DNA of 64,000 bases from an uncultured Thermoplasmatales archaeon. Its GTDB lineage: Archaea; Thermoplasmatota; E2; UBA202; DSCA01. The stretch lies in NCBI GenBank assembly GCA_964514975.1, contig CAZESS010000003.1, forward strand, positions 32,001 through 96,000. Direction: 5' to 3'. The notes below the pieces were generated by a model. The model saw nothing but the letters and a program-made list of their open reading frames with translations. It had not been told where the DNA came from and did not search any database. The position numbers and the translations under genes were made by a program. Each line of letters starts with the position of its first letter. Within the stretch, counting starts at the first letter, position 1. Below are positions 18,237 to 26,748 of the stretch, one piece after another.

Positions 18237-19383
18237 AGATTTCAAGCGAGCGAAAAAGGTCATCGGGTCATCCAAGCAGTTCATACATGGCGACACGGCC
18301 GTGTCATACGGCGCGTTGCTGGCCGGCTGCCGGTTTTTCGGCGGCTACCCCATCACACCTGCGTCGGAAATCGCGGAGCAGATGTCACGGCTGCTGCCCA
18401 GGGTGGGAGGCACCTACATCCAGATGGAGGACGAGCTGGCGAGCATCGCCGCCGTCATCGGCTCATCATGGACAGGCGCCAAAGCCATGACCGCCACCTC
18501 GGGCCCCGGCTTCTCGCTGATGCAGGAAAACCTGGGCTTCGCGGCCATGTCAGAGACACCATTGGTGCTGGCCAACGTGCAGCGCTCCGGCCCCTCGACG
18601 GGGCAGCCGACGCTGGGTGCGCAGGGAGACATGATGCAGGCCCGGTACGGCAGCCACGGCGACTACCATCCCATCGTGCTGTCCCCGAACACCATTCAAG
18701 AAACATTGGAGCTGACCATCCGGTCGTTCAACCTGGCGGAGGAATACCGCTGTCCCGTCTTCCTGATGATATGCGCCGACCTCGGCCACATGCGGGAGAT
18801 GGTCGAGATACCGCAGCAGGTCGACCTCTTCGAGCGCAAAAAGCCGAAGGTACCGCGCGATGAATACGTGCCCTTCGGCGAAGGCACCTATGGCAAAAAA
18901 AAGGTGCCCGAGATGGCGACCTTCGGCACCGGCTACCATACCTATGTAACGGGGCTAACCCACGACGAGATGGGCTTCCCGGCCACCGACGACCAGGAGG
19001 ACCACGATCGGTTGATACGGCGGCAGATAGAAAAAATCACCGACGACAGGGAAGCACTGACAGACATCGAGATGCGGAACATCGACGACGCCGACGTCGC
19101 CATCGTATCATACGGCATCGCCAGCCGGAGCGCGCTGGAGGCGATGCGGAAGGCCCGCGAGCAGGGCAAAAAGGTCGGCTATTTCAGGCTCAGGACCATC
19201 TGGCCGTTTCCCAGCCACGCCATCGAGAAGCTGTCCGGGCAGGTTGACCGGATCGTGGTCGCGGAGATGAACCTCGGCCAGCTGTACCACAAGGTAAACG
19301 AGTATGCCAGCTGCCCGGTAACGCTGGCCAGCAAAATCGGCGGGGAGATCCATACCCCGAACGAAATCCTCGCGGAGGTATAA
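18229..19383 (+). CDS. korA: 2-oxoacid (probably 2-oxoglutarate):ferredoxin oxidoreductase alpha subunit
   Basis: GYPITPASE, QMEDE, TATSGPGFSLMQE, QRSGPSTGQPT and EMNLGQ. Confidence 0.9.
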   Translation: MNEDFKRAKKVIGSSKQFIHGDTAVSYGALLAGCRFFGGYPITPASEIAEQMSRLLPRVGGTYIQMEDELASIAAVIGSSWTGAKAMTATSGPGFSLMQENLGFAAMSETPLVLANVQRSGPSTGQPTLGAQGDMMQARYGSHGDYHPIVLSPNTIQETLELTIRSFNLAEEYRCPVFLMICADLGHMREMVEIPQQVDLFERKKPKVPRDEYVPFGEGTYGKKKVPEMATFGTGYHTYVTGLTHDEMGFPATDDQEDHDRLIRRQIEKITDDREALTDIEMRNIDDADVAIVSYGIASRSALEAMRKAREQGKKVGYFRLRTIWPFPSHAIEKLSGQVDRIVVAEMNLGQLYHKVNEYASCPVTLASKIGGEIHTPNEILAEV

Positions 19384-19385
19384 CA

Positions 19386-20252
19386 ATGGAACAGGATAGC
19401 GTGGACGTGATAGACGGCAAAAAAATACAGGAAAAATATCTGCGCGAAGAGATGATGCCCACCATCTTCTGCGACGGCTGCGGCATCGGCAATGTGCTGG
19501 ACTACACCCTGTGGGCGCTCGAGCGGGAAAACATCGACATGGACAACACCGTGTTCCTGTCCGGTATCGGCTGCTCATCCCGGCTGCCCGGCTACGTCGA
19601 CGTCGACGCACTGCACACCACGCACGGCCGGGCGCTGGCCTTCGCCACCGGGGTCAAGCTGACCAACCCCGACCTGCACGTGGTGGTGTTCACCGGTGAC
19701 GGCGACGGCATCGGCATCGGCGGCAACCATTTCATCCACGCCTGCCGGCGCAACCTTGATGTTACCGTGGTCTGCGTCAACAACTTCATCTACGGTATGA
19801 CCGGCGGGCAGGTGGCCCCGACGACGCCCGAGTCCAGGAAGGCGACGACGGCGCCCTATGGCAACATCGAGCCGCCGTTCGACATGAGCAAGATGGCGAT
19901 AGCGTCGGGCGCATCCTATGTCGCCCGGTGGCCGATAAACAAGCCCTCGATGCCCATCAACTCCATCCGTGAGGGGCTCAGGAATCAAGGCTTCAGCTTC
20001 ATAGAGATGCTGTCGCCCTGCCCGACCGCCTTCGGACGGCGGAACAAGTTCCGGAAGATAGAAGAGATGTGGGGATGGTACGCCGAGCACACCATGCTCA
20101 TCGAGGACTACGAAATGATACAGAAATACGGCAGCGAGGAGGAAAAAGCCCGGCTGCGGGACATCATCACCATGGGCGTCCTCCACCGGGAGGACAAGCT
20201 CCCGTTGAACCAGCGCATCAAGCGGCTCATCGCGGAGGTGATGGAAAAATGA
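19386..20252 (+). CDS. korB: 2-oxoacid:ferredoxin oxidoreductase beta subunit
   Basis: CDGCGIG, SGIGCS, HTTHGR, TPP-binding GDGD..IGGNH..NNFIYGMTGGQ, and SPCPT. Confidence 0.92.
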   Translation: MEQDSVDVIDGKKIQEKYLREEMMPTIFCDGCGIGNVLDYTLWALERENIDMDNTVFLSGIGCSSRLPGYVDVDALHTTHGRALAFATGVKLTNPDLHVVVFTGDGDGIGIGGNHFIHACRRNLDVTVVCVNNFIYGMTGGQVAPTTPESRKATTAPYGNIEPPFDMSKMAIASGASYVARWPINKPSMPINSIREGLRNQGFSFIEMLSPCPTAFGRRNKFRKIEEMWGWYAEHTMLIEDYEMIQKYGSEEEKARLRDIITMGVLHREDKLPLNQRIKRLIAEVMEK

Positions 20253-20779
20253 GAATCAACCTTCGACTGTGCGGCAAGGGCGGCCAGGGCATCATGCTCT
20301 CCGGCTACATCCTGGGCAAGGCCGCCAGCGTGTTCCACGACTACAACGCGGTGCAGACCCAGAGCTACGGCCCCGAGGCGAGGGGCGGCGCCGCACGCTC
20401 CGAGGTCATCATCGCCGACGAGGAAATCGGGTACTGCGGCATCGAAGCCGCGGATGGCATGATGGTGCTGTCGCAGGAGGCGTACACCAAGTACAGCGAC
20501 GACCTCAAGGAGGACTGCATCGTGGTCGCCGATCCCGACCTGGTGAAAAGCATCGAGCACGGCAACGTCGTCCCCGTGCCGGGCACCCGCATCGCCGAGG
20601 ATCTCGGCAACAAGATCGTGGCGAACATCGTCATGCTCGGCGCGTTCAACCAGGCCGGCGCGTTCGTGCCCCAGAAGGCGCTGGAGCAGGCGGTGGAGGA
20701 CAGCGTGCCATCGCGCTTCACCGAGCTCAACCTCAAGGCGTTGAACGAAGGCATCCGGCGGGCGAAGGAACAGGAATAG
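20249..20779 (+). CDS. 2-oxoacid:ferredoxin oxidoreductase gamma subunit
   Basis: GKGGQG, QSYGPEARGG and NIVMLG; ATGA overlap with korB. Confidence 0.92.
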   Translation: MRINLRLCGKGGQGIMLSGYILGKAASVFHDYNAVQTQSYGPEARGGAARSEVIIADEEIGYCGIEAADGMMVLSQEAYTKYSDDLKEDCIVVADPDLVKSIEHGNVVPVPGTRIAEDLGNKIVANIVMLGAFNQAGAFVPQKALEQAVEDSVPSRFTELNLKALNEGIRRAKEQE

Positions 20780-20780
20780 C

Positions 20781-20798
20781 TTTTCCTCTTTTTTGGTT
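20781..20798 (+). terminator. Oligo-T terminator candidate of the hdr-mvh-frd-kor operon
   Basis: TTTTCCTCTTTTTTGGTT immediately after the last stop codon. Confidence 0.55.
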
Positions 20799-20889
20799 AT
20801 CCGGCCGGACATGTGGTTATCCCACGGTTTCGTCTATCTTCCGGAGATGTTTCGTCCGTGTTATAACGAAAAGAAGAAGGGGAAGAGAG

Positions 20890-21093
20890 CTACCATTCCT
20901 GGCCGCTTCGCTGCCGCATGTCTTCGCCGGGAGCGTCATCGTCGTCGTAGGGATTGTTGTTGTTTTCCTCATAGTGGTCGTCTTCGCCGTTGGTGTTGTG
21001 GTTGTGGTCCTGGGAGTTCGCCACCACCGGGGCAACGATTGCCGCAGCGAGGATAACGCAGGCCACCGCTGCCACCAAAATGCGGGTTTTCAT
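20890..21093 (-). CDS. Small secreted acidic Asn/Asp/His-rich protein (67 aa)
   Basis: MKTR plus a hydrophobic stretch ending VVA (signal peptide); followed on the minus strand by a pyrimidine run. Confidence 0.65.
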   Translation of the reverse strand: MKTRILVAAVACVILAAAIVAPVVANSQDHNHNTNGEDDHYEENNNNPYDDDDAPGEDMRQRSGQEW

Positions 21094-21199
21094 GCCATGC
21101 TATCCCGGGGAATGTATCAAGCCCTTGCCGCCCTTACAGCACACCCCTGCCAGTGCCATATCTATTTATACAGTTGTTTCATCCAGATGTGAGGATATC

Positions 21200-22552
21200 A
21201 TGTCCGAGAAAAAGGTCACCAAGGAGGAATTGTTGGAGAAAGCGAAGGAGCCCGCCAAGAAAGCCATGAAATGGCATCCATTCTATCGGGGAAAAATCGA
21301 GGTGGCTCCCAAGGTGCAGGTGAAAAGCTTCGACGACTTCGGCGTCTGGTACACGCCCGGAGTCGCGGAGCCATGCCGGGACATCCACCAGAATCCGGAC
21401 AAGGTCTACGAGCATACCAACAAGTGGAACAACGTGGCGGTGGTCAGCGACGGCAGCAGGGTGCTCGGCCTGGGCGACATCGGCCCCATGGCGGGCATGC
21501 CCGTCATGGAGGGCAAGGGCCTGCTGTTCAAGTATCTGGGCGGCGTCGACGCGTTCCCCATCTGCCTGGATGCGCATGACCCGGAGGACATCGTGCAGGC
21601 GACCAAGTGGATAGCGCCGTCGTTCGGCGGCATCAACCTGGAGGACATCTCGAAGCCCAAGTGCTTTTACGTGCTGGAGCGGCTGCGGGAGGAGCTCGAC
21701 ATCCCGGTATGGCATGACGACCAGCAGGGCACCGCCGCTATCACGCTGGCCGGCATCATCAACGGGCTCAAGGTCGTCGGCAAAAAGCTCGAGGATGTGG
21801 ACATCGGCCTGGTGGGCAGCGGCGCCGCCAACCTGTGCCTCGCCCGCACATTGCTCAAAGCCGGCGTGCCCGCCAAACATCTCTGGCTGGCCGACTCGAC
21901 CGGTCTGCTCCACCCGGGGCGGGATGACCTCAGCCCGGAAAAAGACCCGGAGAAATACAAGTTCGCCCAGAAAACCAACCTCGAGCAAAAGGAGGGTGGA
22001 CTCCCCGAGCTCATCGCCGGCAAGGACGTCGTCGTCGCCGCGTCGAAACCAGGCCCGGACACCATCAAAAAGGAATGGCTTCGGCGCATGAACGACGACG
22101 CCATTTTGTTCGCCGAGGCCAACCCCATCCCCGAGATATGGCCCTGGGAAGCGAAAGAGGCAGGCGTCCGCATCGTGGGCACCGGCCGCTCGGATTTCCC
22201 CAACCAGGTCAACAACTCCATCGGCTTTCCCGGTATCTTCCGCGGCGCCCTCGACGTCCGCGCCAAAACCATATCCGACGAGATGCACATCGAGGCAGCC
22301 TATGCAATCGCCGAGGTCGCCGAGGAGGCAGGGCTCGACGAGGAACATCTCGTGCCGACGATGGAGAACACCGAGGTCTACATCCGGCAGGCCGTCCGCG
22401 TCGCCCTCAAGGCCATCGAGCAGGGCCTCGCCCGGGTCAAGCTCAGCGAGCAGGAGCTCCGAGAAAAAGCCGAAGCGATCATCATGTCAAGCCGCAAGAA
22501 AACGCAGCACATGATGGAGGCTGGCTACATCGAGGACGCCCCGCCGCTGTGA
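21200..22552 (+). CDS. NAD(P)-dependent malic enzyme
   Basis: YTPGVAEPC, VSDGSRVLGLG, PVMEGK, INLEDI, HDDQQGT and GRSDFPNQVNN. Start at ATG 21200 after GAGG. Confidence 0.93.
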   Translation: MSEKKVTKEELLEKAKEPAKKAMKWHPFYRGKIEVAPKVQVKSFDDFGVWYTPGVAEPCRDIHQNPDKVYEHTNKWNNVAVVSDGSRVLGLGDIGPMAGMPVMEGKGLLFKYLGGVDAFPICLDAHDPEDIVQATKWIAPSFGGINLEDISKPKCFYVLERLREELDIPVWHDDQQGTAAITLAGIINGLKVVGKKLEDVDIGLVGSGAANLCLARTLLKAGVPAKHLWLADSTGLLHPGRDDLSPEKDPEKYKFAQKTNLEQKEGGLPELIAGKDVVVAASKPGPDTIKKEWLRRMNDDAILFAEANPIPEIWPWEAKEAGVRIVGTGRSDFPNQVNNSIGFPGIFRGALDVRAKTISDEMHIEAAYAIAEVAEEAGLDEEHLVPTMENTEVYIRQAVRVALKAIEQGLARVKLSEQELREKAEAIIMSSRKKTQHMMEAGYIEDAPPL

Positions 22553-22559
22553 GGCAACG

Positions 22560-23657
22560 ATGAAGCTCCAGGAATACCAGGCAGCCGATATCTTCCGGCA
22601 GGCAGGCATCCCGGTCGCCGAGGGCTACCTCGTCACCGCTCCCGAGGAGATACGCGACGTCACCCGGCCCGTGGTTTTGAAGGCGCAGGTTCGCGTCGGA
22701 AAACGCGGCAAACACGGCGGCATCATGTTCGCCGACAGCCGGGAAGAGGCGATGAACAAGGCAGCAAAGCTGTTCGACATGCAGATACAGGGGCTCGACG
22801 TCAACGAGGTCTTGGTGGCGGAAAAAGCAGACGTGCAGCATGAGTACTACGTCGGCATGGTCATGGACCGCGAAACAAAGCGGCCGGTGCTCATTATGAC
22901 CAGCGAAGGCGGCATGGACATCGAGGAGGTGGCAGCAGAGCATTCCGACCGCATCGCAAAATATCCCGTCGACCCGGTCATGGGATTGCGCCGCTACGAG
23001 GCCATGTACCTCGCCGAAAAAATCGGGTTGCAGGGCAACAAGATGAAACAGATGGCAGGCATCGCCGTGAAACTTTACCAGGCATTCGACGCATACGACG
23101 GCGAGCTCGCCGAAATCAATCCCCTGGTCGCGACGCCCGACGGGCTGCTGGCCATCGACGCCGTGTTCAACATCGACGACAACGCTCTCTACCGCCAGGA
23201 CTTCGACAAAGAGAAAAGCCCGCTTGTCACCGAGCGGGAGAAAAAGGCCAGCGAGCATGGCCTCGCCTATGTCGACCTCGACGGCGAGGTTGCCATCATC
23301 GGCTGCGGCGCCGGCCTGGTCATGGCGACGCTGGACGCCGTGGCAGAATACGGCGGCAGCCCGGCCTGTTTCCTCGACCTGGGCGGCGGCGCCACCGCTG
23401 AAGACACGAGGCATGCGCTGGACATCGTCCAGATGAAGGACTCCGTTGCCACCATTTACCTGAACATCTTCGGCGGTATCACGCAATGCGACAAGATAGC
23501 GGAGGGCATCATCGAGGCCGCGCCGCACAAGCCGACAGTGATACGGATGCTGGGCACCAACGAGGAACAGGGCAAGGAGATGCTCCGCCAGGAAGGCTAC
23601 GAGGTCGTCGACGATATGACCGAGGGTGCCAGGAAGGCCGTGGAGCTCCTCGGATAG
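22560..23657 (+). CDS. sucC: Succinyl-CoA synthetase beta subunit
   Basis: MKLQEYQA, KAQV..RGKHGG, EGGMDIEE, EINPL, GAGLVMATLD and NIFGGI. Confidence 0.94.
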   Translation: MKLQEYQAADIFRQAGIPVAEGYLVTAPEEIRDVTRPVVLKAQVRVGKRGKHGGIMFADSREEAMNKAAKLFDMQIQGLDVNEVLVAEKADVQHEYYVGMVMDRETKRPVLIMTSEGGMDIEEVAAEHSDRIAKYPVDPVMGLRRYEAMYLAEKIGLQGNKMKQMAGIAVKLYQAFDAYDGELAEINPLVATPDGLLAIDAVFNIDDNALYRQDFDKEKSPLVTEREKKASEHGLAYVDLDGEVAIIGCGAGLVMATLDAVAEYGGSPACFLDLGGGATAEDTRHALDIVQMKDSVATIYLNIFGGITQCDKIAEGIIEAAPHKPTVIRMLGTNEEQGKEMLRQEGYEVVDDMTEGARKAVELLG

Positions 23658-23658
23658 C

Positions 23659-23683
23659 TTTTTCCTTTTTTGTTTTCTTTTTT
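23659..23683. terminator. T-rich terminator between convergent genes
   Basis: Long T-rich tract directly after the sucC stop. Confidence 0.5.
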
Positions 23684-23691
23684 ACGAGGGG

Positions 23692-24057
23692 CTATTTGAG
23701 CAGCCAGTCGAGCGCGTCGTCCTTTGCCGCGAACACCGACAGCTTGGCTTCGGTCTTGCCTGCGATCGCGTCGAACAACTGTTTTTGTGTGTCGGAACTG
23801 GCGACAACTGCTATTTTGATACCACGAGCTGCAGGAAACGTCCGTGCAATGTGATGGCCGATAAACTGTGTTTCAGAACGAGAAATGGAATCGATGTCGA
23901 AGTCCGTCGTATCAACCAGGATACCTGAAAGGTCATGCTGCCGGCATTCATCAAGTACCTGATGTGATATGGGGAACACCTCATCGCGGGTGTAGACGCC
24001 GTGTGGTGTCACCTGGAGGTATGTGTCTCTCTGTTCTACATCGAGCTCAATGGTCAT
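23692..24057 (-). CDS. STAS/SpoIIAA-like small alpha/beta protein
   Basis: ILVD..D, KIAVV and C-terminal VF...DDALDWL pattern typical of SpoIIAA-like proteins. Confidence 0.6.
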   Translation of the reverse strand: MTIELDVEQRDTYLQVTPHGVYTRDEVFPISHQVLDECRQHDLSGILVDTTDFDIDSISRSETQFIGHHIARTFPAARGIKIAVVASSDTQKQLFDAIAGKTEAKLSVFAAKDDALDWLLK

Positions 24058-24170
24058 GGACCCTGGATGATAATAACACGCTGCATGCTATATACTTTAT
24101 TATTTTACGTGCAGCAGACCCCGGGGCATCCGACGGCGCCGTTCCGGTATGGATACGGGAAAGAAAGAAA

Positions 24171-24280
24171 TGGACCGGACGGGATTTTCAAGTGCGGCAC
24201 CGGCCATGCCAGCATCGCTGTTTTTGAACCCGTGGCCTCTTCCTTGCGAAGGAAGCGATCTTCCGCTGATCTACCGGCCC
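24171..24280 (-). tRNA. tRNA-Ala(CGC) with a 38-nt intron at position 59/60 (intron 24185-24222)
   Basis: Acceptor GGGCCGG/CCGGTCC-A with G3:U70; D arm GATC/GATC; anticodon arm CTTCC-TT-CGC-AA-GGAAG; T arm ACGGG-TTCAAA^T-CCCGT interrupted by the intron; TTTAAAA box at 24314-24308; T-rich tail downstream. Confidence 0.93.
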
Positions 24281-24336
24281 ATCTGAATCTGGAAATAGCA
24301 GCCCCCATTTTAAATTTGCGCTGCACGGGGAGGAGG

Positions 24337-26748
24337 CTATTCTATCTCGACGTGTGAGATGCCCTGCTCGTCCTCGTAGGTGCGGATGACGTACTCCATG
24401 CTGTCCTTGATTTCCTCGATGTGGGTGATGAGCAAGACCTGCTGGAACTGGCTGGAGAGCTCCCCAAGCGTGTTCAGCACGTTTGTGCGGCGCTCCCGGT
24501 CCTGCGACCCGAATATCTCGTCGAGGACGATGAAATGGAAGTCAACGCCGCCTGCCCGCTCGGCGATGACCTGGGAGATGGCGAGTCGGAGCGAAAGATT
24601 GGCGAGGTCTTCCTCGCCGCCTGAGAAGCGCTCGATGCCGAACTGTTCGCCCTCGTCATAGATAAAAATGTCGTAGTTGTCGTCGACCTCTATCTGGCTG
24701 TATTTGCCGGCGGTGAACACGCTGAAGAAATGGGATGCATAATGGGACAGCATGGGACCGATGCGCGATATCAGGTAGTGCTTGAACTCGTTGAGGAGAC
24801 CTGAGTCGCGTGGCCCGGCCAGCCGTTCGAGCTGCCGCATCGTTTGCCTGTACATTTCGATGTCCTCCCGTTTTTCTTTTTGCTCCGCTATCTCGGCTTT
24901 GAGTCGTTCAATCTCCCGGTCGACCTGTTCCTGCCGGGCGGTGAGCTGGATGCGTCGCTCCCGCATGTCCTGGAGCTGCTCCCGTTTCTGCTCATAGGTT
25001 TCCTCGAGCTGTCGGTAGCGCTCCCGGTCGAAATCCAGCGCTTCGACGGCGTCGTTGAGCTGCTCGAGCTGCTGCCGGGCCTGCTGGATGCCGTTGGTGG
25101 TCTGCTCGAGCTGCTCCTGCAGGGTGTCAAAGCGTTTGACCTCGCTGCGGAGCCCGATGATTGTTTCCCTGGTGTCCTGCAGTTTTGTGAGCTCCTCGGC
25201 CATCTGTTTGTAGCGTTCCTCGTCGAAGGCTACCTCGCCGATTTCCTGGATGCGGTGCCGTTTTTCCTGCAGCTTCTCCTGTTTGTCCGTTATCTGCTCC
25301 TGCAGGTGGCTGTGGCGCTGCGCTTTTTGCTTGAGCTGCTCGTACCGCTGCTCGAGTTCCTGTTTTTTGTCCCGGAGCTGCCGGAGCTGCTCGTCGAGCT
25401 CGCTTTGCTTCTCTTGGAGCTTTTCCCTGTGTTCCTCCAGCGTGTCTATTCGGTCCTGCAGCTCGGTGGCTTTGCCCCGGTAGTCCTGGAGTATGTCCTC
25501 GTAGCTTTCGCCGAGCTGGCGGCCGCAGGTCGGGCAGTCGCTTTCGGGACCCCGCTGCTCGATGGTGGAGCGATGTTTCTGCACCTCTTCCAGCTTGTCA
25601 TGGGCTGAAGCGAGCTTCGTCTCGGTGACCTTCAGGGAGCTGGTGGTCTCGCTGCGGCGCTCCCGCTGCTGCTCGAGCTGCCCGGCAACCCTGTCCAGTT
25701 GCTCCTTCACGGTCTCCCTGTCAGCGAGCGCCTCCTTGAGCGATGAGGTGGTCTCCCGCAGCTCCGCTATCTCTTTCTTGATTTCAGTGACGTCCTCCTG
25801 CAGCTGCTGGCGGGTGCGATGGCGCTCCCGCTGCTGCTCCATCTCCTCCTTTTTTTGTTTGATTTCCTCGTAGCGTTCCATTTTGGGCTGGAGCTCCTGG
25901 AGACGACGGCGTTTTTTTTGCAGCTCCTCTTTTTCATCCTGTTTTTGTTCCATCTGCTGCCGCCTGGACTGAAGGCGCTCCTCCACCGTGCTCTTCTGTT
26001 TCTGGAGCTCGTTGTACCGCTCATGTTTCTGTTTTTCCTCGTTGCGCTGCTCTTTGAGCCTGTCGACCCGGCTGGTGAGCGATGACAGCGCGCTCCGGGT
26101 TGCTTTCAGCCGGCTGTCGACGTCTTCCTTTGCCTGTCTCTGCTCTTTGCGTTGCTCTTTGAGCTCGTCGATGTCCTTGAGGGCGGATCGAAGCGCCTCG
26201 ACCTGCTGGCGTGTGTCGCGCCTGTCCTGCCGGACCCGCTTGACGGCTTCCTCTATTGCGTCGATGCCGAGCATCCGGAGCATGCTCCGCTTGCGCTCCC
26301 CGGGGGTCTTGCTGGAGAGCGCGTTGATTTCTTTTTGCCGGGCGACCAGCGAGGTATAAAAGGCGTCGTGGTCCATGCCCAGCTTTTTTTCGATGAGCTC
26401 GGTGGCGCCGCTTGCCGACGAGGCAGATACGAGCCCGTTGACCTTGACCGTCGCATCTGTGGACAGCGAGCTGCCGGTCATGATGCGCGTTATCTCGTAG
26501 TCGTCGTCGCCCAGCGAAAACGCGAGAGTGACATAGCATTCCTCGGCCGGCGGGGCGTCCTGGCGCTTGATGTTTTCCTTGTTTGTCCGGGCGACCCGGC
26601 TGCCGTAGAGCGCCCAGCCGACGGCCTCGATTATTGTGGACTTGCCGGTGCCGTTGTTGCCGATGATGGCGGTGATGCCCTCGGGAAACTCGATTTCTTC
26701 ATGCTGGAAAGCACGGTAGTTGTGCAGGACGATACGGCGGAGCTTCAC
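24337..26748 (-). CDS. rad50: Rad50/SbcC SMC-family ATPase
   Basis: Walker A GNNGTGKST, long coiled coil, zinc hook CPTCG, signature FSGGE and Walker B LDEIFGSQD. Confidence 0.92.
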   Translation of the reverse strand: MKLRRIVLHNYRAFQHEEIEFPEGITAIIGNNGTGKSTIIEAVGWALYGSRVARTNKENIKRQDAPPAEECYVTLAFSLGDDDYEITRIMTGSSLSTDATVKVNGLVSASSASGATELIEKKLGMDHDAFYTSLVARQKEINALSSKTPGERKRSMLRMLGIDAIEEAVKRVRQDRRDTRQQVEALRSALKDIDELKEQRKEQRQAKEDVDSRLKATRSALSSLTSRVDRLKEQRNEEKQKHERYNELQKQKSTVEERLQSRRQQMEQKQDEKEELQKKRRRLQELQPKMERYEEIKQKKEEMEQQRERHRTRQQLQEDVTEIKKEIAELRETTSSLKEALADRETVKEQLDRVAGQLEQQRERRSETTSSLKVTETKLASAHDKLEEVQKHRSTIEQRGPESDCPTCGRQLGESYEDILQDYRGKATELQDRIDTLEEHREKLQEKQSELDEQLRQLRDKKQELEQRYEQLKQKAQRHSHLQEQITDKQEKLQEKRHRIQEIGEVAFDEERYKQMAEELTKLQDTRETIIGLRSEVKRFDTLQEQLEQTTNGIQQARQQLEQLNDAVEALDFDRERYRQLEETYEQKREQLQDMRERRIQLTARQEQVDREIERLKAEIAEQKEKREDIEMYRQTMRQLERLAGPRDSGLLNEFKHYLISRIGPMLSHYASHFFSVFTAGKYSQIEVDDNYDIFIYDEGEQFGIERFSGGEEDLANLSLRLAISQVIAERAGGVDFHFIVLDEIFGSQDRERRTNVLNTLGELSSQFQQVLLITHIEEIKDSMEYVIRTYEDEQGISHVEIE

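Noticed and set aside
24105-24326. 73-aa minus-strand ORF
   Set aside because: It overlaps the intron-containing tRNA-Ala, which explains the sequence.
24800-26250. Repetitive CTG/CTC-rich DNA
   Set aside because: It reflects Gln/Glu/Leu codons of the Rad50 coiled coil, not a DNA repeat element.
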